From assembly GCA_037380845.1 (NCBI GenBank), contig JARRRI010000030.1, forward strand, positions 26,134 to 43,023: a stretch of DNA of 16,890 nt, given 5' to 3'. A program made the position numbers and the translations under genes. Shown here one piece after another: positions 7,193 through 14,700 of this stretch. This DNA comes from Candidatus Sulfobium sp. (GTDB taxonomy: Bacteria; Nitrospirota; Thermodesulfovibrionia; Thermodesulfovibrionales; UBA6898). Position 1 is the stretch's first letter. Each line of letters starts with the position of its first letter. Under the pieces are notes generated by a model that saw nothing but the letters and a program-made list of their open reading frames with translations, made no database searches and had not been told where the DNA came from.

Positions 7193-9883
7193 TTACTTGT
7201 TCATCCGGTCTATGATCTCTCCCAGCTTCCTTATCTCCTGACCGTAGAGCGCCCAGTCGCCATCCCTCTGTGCCTTCATCGCGCGGTCAAAGTGTTTTTT
7301 CGCCTGAGCCGAGAGATCAGCTTCGGGTTCCATGGCCGGCGCGACCGCGACCGGCTCTTTAACTTCAGTCAGGCCCGACTGCCCGAATATTTTGGCCAGT
7401 GCGCCGTCCAGAGTCTCATCCATCGCAATCCGGTTTTCATATGCTACGATAACCCTCTTCAGCTCCGGTATCTTTCCTGTTTCTGCCCGGAGATAAAGGG
7501 GCTGGACATAAATCAGGGAATTCTCGATGGGGATGATCAGCAGGGTACCCTGGATCACCTGAGAGCCCCTCTGGTTCCATAAGGAGACCTGTTGTGATAT
7601 CTCGGTCTGCTGATTGATCCGTGCGACAATCTGTTTGGGGCCGTACACAAGCCTGTCCTTCGGGAAGCGGTAGACCACGAGTTTTCCGTAGTCATCACCG
7701 TCGCTCCTGGCGGCCATCCACGCCGAAAGGTTGTCCTTCTTTTTCGGATTGAACGGGAGCATAAGGATAAACTCTTCCTTCTTTTCTTCGGGCAGCTTCA
7801 TGATCGTATAGTACGGCTCCATCCGCTCCCGGGTCCCCGGCCCGCCCATGACCGGTATCTCCCACTGGTCTTCCTTGTTATAGAAGGTTTGCGGGTCACG
7901 CATGTGATAAGTCGTATACACCGCTGTCTGCAAGCTGAAGATATCCTCGGGATAGCGGATGTGTCTTCTCAGATCCGGGGGCATTTCTGAAAGGGGTCGC
8001 AATATCCCCGGGAATATATTGCCGATCGTCCGGATGACCGGGTCGGTTTCGTCCGCGATATAGAACTTCATGCTGCCGTCATAGGCGTCGATCGTAATCT
8101 TCACGGAATTTCTGATATAGTTGATCCCCGAAAAAGGCTGAGAATAGGGGAACCTGCTGCTCACTGTATAGGCATCGTATATCCAGAAAAGCCGCCCTTC
8201 CTTCGATATCACCATATAAGGATCGCTGTCGAAGACAAGAAACGGCATAACGGTTCGCACCCTTCTGGTAATATTCCTCCTGAACAGGACCCTGCTCTCG
8301 GGAGTAATGTAGCTGGAGAGAAGTATCTTGAGAGAGCCGAAATATTCGGCAAACACCATCTTCTTCAGTGCCGAGTCTATCTTTACTCCTCTCTTTCCCG
8401 CATACCTGTCGTAAACATTCTTCTCCCCGGAGGGATAGTTGAACTCCTTCGCCCCGGTGTCGACTATAACGTAATCGCTGGCAAGTTCGCCGAAATATAT
8501 CTCCGGCCGTTTTACCTCCAGGCTCTTTGCCGTGGACTCGGGGGGGATGTCCTTTATCATCAATACCGGCAGGCCCTCGGGAGTCACCTGGTTAACGGGT
8601 CCCAAAGTCAGTCCGTATCCGTGGGTAAATGTGAGGACTTCATTGATCCAGTTTCTCGTCGGGATGCTATCCGACGACAACTCTCTGGGAGACAGCAAAG
8701 TCTGACGGTACTTCCCGTCAATCATATACCGGTCATTATCGACGGAGACGAACTGGTAGTAAGTCCTTATCTCCTGGACCTGGCTGAAGGTGTCGAGGAG
8801 CGGCTTATGGTCCCAGAGACGGATGTTGTCGATGGTCGCACTGTTGCGTTCTATATCATCCGCAGTAAGCTTCATGTCGCCCGAGATGTCCCTCTCCTCC
8901 ACTTTATCGAGGCCGAAACCCTTCCGTGTTGCGGCAATATTATGCCGGATATAAGGAGTTTCCTTGACGAGCTCGTTGGGAGCTATCACCAGCTTCTGAA
9001 GAAGGGACGGGTAGACCGAGCCCCCCACGAACGAAAGGACAACGTACGCGCCTAGAGTCCCGGCAACGAGAAACCTTTTACGCAGAAAGATATTGCCCAG
9101 TACAAGGCCCCCCGCAACAAAAGCAGCCATCACCTGGATCTTGAGAAAAGGTATCACGGCGTGGACATCCCGATAGGTCGCACCGGCTACATGGCCGTGA
9201 GAAGAATAGAGGATCTCATGCATGCTGATATAGGCATTGAAGCCCAGAACAAAGAATATCAGCGCCGCCAGGACCGACAGATGAGCTGATGGAACCCTCT
9301 CCATCGCGACCCTTCTCCCTTCTATAAAGACCGCTCCCCTCACGACATAGAGGGCGGCGGAGGCTACCAGAGAAACACCCAGCAATAAGAGCGCCGTGCC
9401 TGAGATAATCTCGAAAACCGGAAGGGAGAAGAGATAGAACGATGCATCCTTCTGAAAAATCGGATCGGTATATCCAAAGGATGCCGCGTTGATATAGGAG
9501 AGGAAGGTAAACCAGTTTTCATAAAACAGTAAGGCGACCATAAGACCGAACAGGCCCGGGATAATAAATTTCAGCTTTTCAAGGTGGTCGAGTACGCTCC
9601 GGACAGACGGAGTATCCCAGGCAGCCGCAAGGGGCACGATCCTGTTCTTTGTGACCTTCATCGCCAGAGCTATGCTGATGAAAGGGACCAGAAATCCCGC
9701 GACAAAACCGCCAAGAGAAAAAAGGACCTGGGCAACTACCTTCCTGACAAATATTTCTCCAAGCCGGAGGTCGCTGAACCACAGCCAGTCCACATAAAAA
9801 GAAATGATTTTCGGCAGAAATATTACCGTCAGTGCGATGCCGGCTATAAGGATTATCTTCGTCCGGGAAAGTCTGCTGTCCAT
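7193..9883 (-). CDS. UPF0182 family membrane protein
   Basis: 896 aa. N-terminal multi-pass region (DWLWF, DPIFQKDASFYLFSLP), then conserved NIRLWD, DRY, FTHGYG, RPEIYFGE, DPY, NYIRNSVK, DAYDG, RYPEDIF, FYNKEDQW, PYY, YVQPLYL and C-terminal GDWALYG. AAGGGG SD. Confidence 0.95.
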   Translation of the reverse strand: MDSRLSRTKIILIAGIALTVIFLPKIISFYVDWLWFSDLRLGEIFVRKVVAQVLFSLGGFVAGFLVPFISIALAMKVTKNRIVPLAAAWDTPSVRSVLDHLEKLKFIIPGLFGLMVALLFYENWFTFLSYINAASFGYTDPIFQKDASFYLFSLPVFEIISGTALLLLGVSLVASAALYVVRGAVFIEGRRVAMERVPSAHLSVLAALIFFVLGFNAYISMHEILYSSHGHVAGATYRDVHAVIPFLKIQVMAAFVAGGLVLGNIFLRKRFLVAGTLGAYVVLSFVGGSVYPSLLQKLVIAPNELVKETPYIRHNIAATRKGFGLDKVEERDISGDMKLTADDIERNSATIDNIRLWDHKPLLDTFSQVQEIRTYYQFVSVDNDRYMIDGKYRQTLLSPRELSSDSIPTRNWINEVLTFTHGYGLTLGPVNQVTPEGLPVLMIKDIPPESTAKSLEVKRPEIYFGELASDYVIVDTGAKEFNYPSGEKNVYDRYAGKRGVKIDSALKKMVFAEYFGSLKILLSSYITPESRVLFRRNITRRVRTVMPFLVFDSDPYMVISKEGRLFWIYDAYTVSSRFPYSQPFSGINYIRNSVKITIDAYDGSMKFYIADETDPVIRTIGNIFPGILRPLSEMPPDLRRHIRYPEDIFSLQTAVYTTYHMRDPQTFYNKEDQWEIPVMGGPGTRERMEPYYTIMKLPEEKKEEFILMLPFNPKKKDNLSAWMAARSDGDDYGKLVVYRFPKDRLVYGPKQIVARINQQTEISQQVSLWNQRGSQVIQGTLLIIPIENSLIYVQPLYLRAETGKIPELKRVIVAYENRIAMDETLDGALAKIFGQSGLTEVKEPVAVAPAMEPEADLSAQAKKHFDRAMKAQRDGDWALYGQEIRKLGEIIDRMNK

Positions 9884-10007
9884 ATGTGTTCCCCTTTTGT
9901 TAAACAGTAGCTACAACTTCAAGAAAAAAGGCATGCCATATGATCTATCATCTTCCGAGGCAAAGTAAGATGCCACTCTCGCCTGTCGGGAGGGATCAGT
10001 AACGTTT

Positions 10008-10034
10008 CTGGATTATCCGGTCAAACCGGACAGC
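10008..10034 (-). repeat. Short REP-like hairpin downstream of the methyltransferase cluster (possible mRNA 3' stem-loop)
   Basis: Minus strand TGTCCGGT-TTG-ACCGGATA (10032-10014) forms an 8-bp stem with one G-U pair, followed by ATCCAG. About 40 nt after the stop of 10075-11328. No U-tract; single copy in the window. Confidence 0.35.
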
Positions 10035-10074
10035 CTCAACAGTCTGTATCCGCATATAAAGGCCGCTGACTCGC

Positions 10075-11328
10075 TCAGGAGTTTCTTATCTCCACTATGC
10101 CGACGAAGCCGTGCCCGACTCCGGCCCCCGGCTGCATCTCCATCTCCAGTCTCCTCAGGGCATAAGCCAGCTGGGGCTCGATGATGTTGGCCCTGGTGTC
10201 CCCCGGAAGACCGCCCGTTGCTTCTATAACCTTCTTCATGATTTTCACCGCCTGTTTAAGCGCCTCAGGGTAGAATGTATACATTTGCAGATTCAGACCG
10301 CCTCCCTCGGAAGACGTGTCATCAAATTCCGAAAGGAACTCCATGGTGCGCCTCACAAGTGTGTTCCAGCACATCGCGAAACCCTCGAAGAAGACATTCA
10401 ATTCGGCAAAACCCTTCTTCGGCGAGTAATCGATGATAAGCGACTCCAGGTCGGTCCGCGTGTTAGGTTCGAGAAGGGAGTTCACGACCTCGCGCATTGC
10501 AGGACAGTGCCGGTTGTATTCCGCCGTATCCATGTGTCGTCCGACGAATACCGATCTGTCGAACAGCCTTCTCACCCTTATCTCGGCCCCCGATTCCATG
10601 GCTGCCTCCTCTATGATACCCCGCACCTCCATTTCAGAAATGAGCCGGAGAGGAAAAGAAGGGATATCGGCTTCCCGCCTCTCCTCCGGAGAGTAGATAT
10701 AAGAAATTCTGTAGTCCATGAATGTCTCGCCATCGGGATTCTCGACCCAGAGGTCCTGCCATTCATATGAATATCTTCCAAGCCAGTCGCATATCACAAG
10801 CGCGTATTCGCCGCATCCCCTCGCTATATCGGCCAACACCCGCACCGTCTGGTCATCGTGGTTATGGGAAAGCGTCCCGTAAGAAGTGAAGTACACGTCA
10901 AAGGGACCCTCCTCGGGCCGCAGCCCTTCATTAAAATCGCCTTCCCGGAAGACTATCTTTTCATTGCCTCCGTATATCTCCTGTGCCTGCTGCAGCAGGT
11001 CCCGGTTGATGTCCAGACCCAGATAGAATCCGAGCTGGTCCTGATCTATCAGCTCTACGGCGTATTCGTAAAGCCCCCTGTCCTTGGCCGTCATGCCCAT
11101 CAGCAGTTCAAAACCATCCCCGGCCCCGCACCCAGCGTCCAATATCTTCAGCCTTTCAAGCCTCCTGGCCTTTTCGTCGACCAGCTCCTTGAGGTAAGGC
11201 CTGACGAAAAGCCTGGTCACCTCGTCCTCCCAGAACCTGCGAACATTATCATACTTGCCCGTCAAGCCGGACTTCTTCGCATATTGTCCCGTGGTTACGG
11301 CTTCAGAGTAAGGTTTGTTCTGTGACAT
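10075..11328 (-). CDS. Class I SAM-dependent methyltransferase domain protein with a long uncharacterised C-terminal region
   Basis: 417 aa. Motif I ILDAGCGAG, acidic motif YLGLDIN, FREGDF, FDVYFTSYGTLSH. Starts 12 nt after the corrinoid-protein stop. Substrate unknown. Confidence 0.85.
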   Translation of the reverse strand: MSQNKPYSEAVTTGQYAKKSGLTGKYDNVRRFWEDEVTRLFVRPYLKELVDEKARRLERLKILDAGCGAGDGFELLMGMTAKDRGLYEYAVELIDQDQLGFYLGLDINRDLLQQAQEIYGGNEKIVFREGDFNEGLRPEEGPFDVYFTSYGTLSHNHDDQTVRVLADIARGCGEYALVICDWLGRYSYEWQDLWVENPDGETFMDYRISYIYSPEERREADIPSFPLRLISEMEVRGIIEEAAMESGAEIRVRRLFDRSVFVGRHMDTAEYNRHCPAMREVVNSLLEPNTRTDLESLIIDYSPKKGFAELNVFFEGFAMCWNTLVRRTMEFLSEFDDTSSEGGGLNLQMYTFYPEALKQAVKIMKKVIEATGGLPGDTRANIIEPQLAYALRRLEMEMQPGAGVGHGFVGIVEIRNS

Positions 11329-11340
11329 TCACTGTTTCCT

Positions 11341-12033
11341 TCAGACGGCACAGACCGAATTTGTGAATTCAATGGCCTGGAACGCGTCGGCACAGTGTGC
11401 GTCTGCTCCGATCTTCGCCGCAAAATCACGGGAAGTCGGCGCCCCGCCTATGAGGACCTTCATGTCCCGTCTGAGCCCCCTCTCATCCAGCATGCCGATC
11501 ACGTTCTCCATTTCCCGCATGGTGGTGGTGAGAAGGGCCGACAGCCCGAGGAACTGCGGTTTGTGCTGCTCCGCGGCCTCGACGATCTTCTCCGTCCGCA
11601 CATCCGTCCCCAGGTCCACGACGTCAAAGCCCGCACCCTTGAGCATTATGGAGACAATGTTCTTGCCTATATCGTGAAGGTCTCCCTTAACCGTCGCGAT
11701 CACGAATCTCCCTTTCGTTTCGATGCCGGCCTTTTCCAGATGCGGCCCGAGAATATCCATCGCAGCGCCAACCGCCTCGGCAGACGCCAGCATGTCCGGT
11801 ATCAGGTATTTGCCGCTCTCGAAGTTCCTTCCCACGACATCCATACCTGCCGTCAATCCGCTTATTACCAGATCCTTTATATTTACATTCTCCTTCATGG
11901 CCTCCTCGATCAGATCGACCGTGGCGGGTCTGCCCTCGAAACCGTCGTCAAAGCCCTCGTCTTCACTGTTGATTCTCCCCTGTACGACGCTGACCCTTAT
12001 TTCCTCTATCAGGTTTCTCTCTTCCATAACCAC
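11341..12033 (-). CDS. Cobalamin-binding corrinoid protein (MttC/MtgC-like methyl carrier)
   Basis: 230 aa. Cap domain (GMDVVGRNFE..YLIPDML), B12 motif GDLHDIGKNIV (DxHxxG), DLGTDV, LSALLTTT, IGGAP. AAAGGAGG SD before the GTG; the ATG at 12027 is an alternative start. Confidence 0.95.
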   Translation of the reverse strand: MVMEERNLIEEIRVSVVQGRINSEDEGFDDGFEGRPATVDLIEEAMKENVNIKDLVISGLTAGMDVVGRNFESGKYLIPDMLASAEAVGAAMDILGPHLEKAGIETKGRFVIATVKGDLHDIGKNIVSIMLKGAGFDVVDLGTDVRTEKIVEAAEQHKPQFLGLSALLTTTMREMENVIGMLDERGLRRDMKVLIGGAPTSRDFAAKIGADAHCADAFQAIEFTNSVCAV

Positions 12034-12107
12034 CCTAACCTCCTTTGTAATAAATTGTTAATATGTAGTCTATTCGCAGCTAAAACAATGAATAATTAAT
12101 CTCCAAT

Positions 12108-13649
12108 TCAATTATGGGACCCCTCATATGTCCTCAGACGGGAAAGCACCCCCGGGACTTCCTCAAAGATCCGGGTCTCCGCCCCCTCCGGCAGTGGTTT
12201 AGCCGGTCTTAGCAAGAGCCTATCCATTCGTTCTATGGCCGCCTCTATGACGCTTTCATCGCCGTCCCTTCCTTCAAAGGGATAGTGGGAATAGATCTGC
12301 CCGGAACGCAGGCTCTTTCTCACAAAGCGGGCATAGAGTTTCTGATGTGAGGCCATGACCTTATCTATCTGGGCGAGCGAGTTGTCCAGATCTTCCGCTG
12401 AAAGCCTCGGCGAAGCCAGAAAACGCTTGATCATGCCGATATGTTCGTTATCGAGGACCGCCTGTACCGGACAGAAGGTGTTGGTCCTGTCAAGGAGGCC
12501 GAACGCATAGTGGATATACTGCGCCCCGCTCATGGCAATCGGGATATGAGTGAAGAATTTTTCTATCGTGGCTTGTATGCCCGGCACCTTCGAATCGCCG
12601 ACCCCCGCTGTAGAATAGCAGGGTATCCTGTAATATCGTGCCATCTGTATGCAGTCGATGTTGTAATGATTGAACTCCGGTGCCCCGTAAAAATCGTGCA
12701 GGTTGTCCATGCGGGCCCTCACCGGAACACTGCCGTAGATAACGGGTGTGCCGGGGCTCACCATCTGGGCAAGGGCAATTCCGGCGAGGATCTCGGCGTT
12801 GATCTGGGCCACCATTCCGGCCTCCTGTATCGGCGCCGTAGATCCCCCCTGGGGGGAACTCGAAACAACAAACGGGATTCTCCTCCGCGCAAATTCGATC
12901 AGTTTCCGGGTCGCATCGTCGACCATCTGGAGGGGACTCTTCACGGTGCAGGTGATGAAAGAAATAATCGGGTTTTCCTTCAGTGCGTCCCTGCCCCCCG
13001 CAATGATTTCGGCAAGCTTCATCACATTGTCCAGCTGCTCCAGACTGGTCAAACCCGCCTGCACGTGTTTTGTCGTATTTCTGAGGGATATGTAGAATTT
13101 ATTCACGTCGTGATTTTCTTCCGTAATGTCCTCATCCTGAATATTTACAGGCCGTATGAAGAAGTCAAGGTGTTCGAGCTCTTCGGCAAGCCTGGCGGCC
13201 GTGCCGAGGCGCTCGACGTTACCCCTTTCCTCCGTAAAGACCGGCAGCCTCCTTTTCACCCGCGGGTCTCTATCGCTTGTAAACACCTCCATCTCGGCGT
13301 CCAGCCATACATTGGTCTCCGACCCGCTGCCGAAGTAAATCCGCGGCACCTCGGAATCCAGCACAAGAGCGTTGCGGGGGTCACGGGCGCCCAATTTAAC
13401 TACGGGGGGAGCCGATGCCAGCGCACTCCTGACGACGGACGCCGGTATCCTTATCCTGTGAGAGCGCTCATCCAGACGCTCCGTTTTGCAGCCTTTTCCC
13501 GCAAATATCCCTGTCGCCTCCTCATTGAAGCAAATAATGCCGATGTCCTCAAGCACCGAAATAGAAGCCTTGTCAAGTCTTTCGACTTCCTCTCTCACCA
13601 GTCTTGTGTAAGGCCTTACAACCAGGCCGTCCCTGAAGGGTTTCTCCAT
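12108..13649 (-). CDS. Divergent MttB-superfamily (trimethylamine methyltransferase family) protein, non-pyrrolysine
   Basis: 513 aa. SISVLEDIGI, NTTKHV, SPLQ, GGSTAPI..AG.VAQINAEILAG..LAQ...PGTPVIYG, YGAPE, QMARYYRIP, DSKVPGIQA..EK. Val350 sits at the Pyl-equivalent position. No internal TAG. Confidence 0.9.
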   Translation of the reverse strand: MEKPFRDGLVVRPYTRLVREEVERLDKASISVLEDIGIICFNEEATGIFAGKGCKTERLDERSHRIRIPASVVRSALASAPPVVKLGARDPRNALVLDSEVPRIYFGSGSETNVWLDAEMEVFTSDRDPRVKRRLPVFTEERGNVERLGTAARLAEELEHLDFFIRPVNIQDEDITEENHDVNKFYISLRNTTKHVQAGLTSLEQLDNVMKLAEIIAGGRDALKENPIISFITCTVKSPLQMVDDATRKLIEFARRRIPFVVSSSPQGGSTAPIQEAGMVAQINAEILAGIALAQMVSPGTPVIYGSVPVRARMDNLHDFYGAPEFNHYNIDCIQMARYYRIPCYSTAGVGDSKVPGIQATIEKFFTHIPIAMSGAQYIHYAFGLLDRTNTFCPVQAVLDNEHIGMIKRFLASPRLSAEDLDNSLAQIDKVMASHQKLYARFVRKSLRSGQIYSHYPFEGRDGDESVIEAAIERMDRLLLRPAKPLPEGAETRIFEEVPGVLSRLRTYEGSHN

Positions 13650-13653
13650 ATGC

Positions 13654-14469
13654 CTAATTTCCTTTCTGCGTATCCTGTCGCATTGCGCGCATATACTTGC
13701 GGCAATGACGGTCTCTTCCCAAAACCGCGTCCCCGGCCCGCACAGCCGACATGACAGCGCGGTCCAATGGATTTATAATCGCTGCATCTATGCCGGATAA
13801 CATTGCCATGTGGAGCATAGCCGTATTGATAAGTGCACGTTTGGGCAGTCCGAAGGAGACGTTGCTGAGCGCAAGGACCGTCTTTGCACCGGAGAAAAGG
13901 GTCTTGATTTTTTGCAGGGTCTCAATGACCGTCATGCCCTGCGAAATATCGGTGCTTATGGGAAACACCAGGGGATCGAAAAAAATCTTCTCCGACGACA
14001 CACCATAAGACTGCGCTCCTTCAAGGATCTTCCCGCATGCCTTCAGGCGGCCGTCGGCATCCTTCGGTATGCCTTTTTCGTCCATGGCAAGCGCTACAAC
14101 GGGGACCCCGTGCTCTGCGGCCAGGGGCAACACCTCCCCCATACTCTCCTCAGCCGCCTTCACCGAATTAATCATCGCCACCTTCCTGCCTCCGGCCCGC
14201 AGTCCCGCTTCAAGCACCGCCGCGTCGGCGCTGTCGATACAAAGCATAGCGTCGACAGCGTCGGTCTTCAGGAGGCCCACAAGCCATTCCATATCGCCGC
14301 ACTCATCATCGCTGCTGCCCTCTCCCGTACCCACATTCACGTCTATGATGTCCGCGCCCGCCTGCTTCTGCCTTATCGCCAGGTCCCTGAGTTTTTCTCC
14401 GTCGCGGGCAATCACGGCCTCTTTGATTGAGGGGATTGTCGCGTTTATCTTTTCACCTATTATGATCAT
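13654..14469 (-). CDS. Methyltetrahydrofolate:corrinoid methyltransferase (pterin-binding TIM barrel, AcsE/MtgA/MetH folate-domain type; often auto-annotated as dihydropteroate synthase)
   Basis: 271 aa. MIIIGEKINAT, Q..AGADIIDVNVG, LCIDS, INSV, FFDPLVFPI, LSNVSFGLP.RALIN, GIDAAIINP. The stop is 4 nt from the next MttB start. Confidence 0.93.
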   Translation of the reverse strand: MIIIGEKINATIPSIKEAVIARDGEKLRDLAIRQKQAGADIIDVNVGTGEGSSDDECGDMEWLVGLLKTDAVDAMLCIDSADAAVLEAGLRAGGRKVAMINSVKAAEESMGEVLPLAAEHGVPVVALAMDEKGIPKDADGRLKACGKILEGAQSYGVSSEKIFFDPLVFPISTDISQGMTVIETLQKIKTLFSGAKTVLALSNVSFGLPKRALINTAMLHMAMLSGIDAAIINPLDRAVMSAVRAGDAVLGRDRHCRKYMRAMRQDTQKGN

Positions 14470-14563
14470 GCGTCCTGCCGCTCCATGTGTAAGGAGGACC
14501 TCCGCCTATTCCAGACTCAGCCTGAAGAAAGGAGGTCAATGTGCTGGAAAAGGTCCGTAACCT

Positions 14564-14603
14564 GAGGCTCCCAACGCCCCGCGGGCGTGGGGACATAAGC
14601 CTC
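14564..14603. other. Strong GC-rich stem-loop in the mttB/methyltransferase spacer
   Basis: GAGGCT (14564-69) and AGCCTC (14598-603) enclose CCCAACGCCC-CGC-GGGCGTGGGG (14570-14592; 9 of 10 pairs). No U-tract on either strand. Confidence 0.6.
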
Positions 14604-14700
14604 TCTGAAGGCCACTCAAGACTGAATTTGTGTCTACATGAATCAAGATCAATATCTGCCGAATTGATGGACTTTTTCAGCATTTTCATCTTTTTCCTGT

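Noticed and set aside
9920..9976. Sigma-54 promoter for UPF0182 (two TGGCAT motifs on the minus strand)
   Set aside because: One has GG-N11-GC spacing instead of N10. The other lacks the -12 GC.
13654..14469. Dihydropteroate synthase (folP)
   Set aside because: The IIIGEKIN, DPL and SNVSFGLP motifs and the context indicate a CH3-THF:corrinoid methyltransferase. The FolP motifs (NxTPDSFSDG, SRK) are absent.
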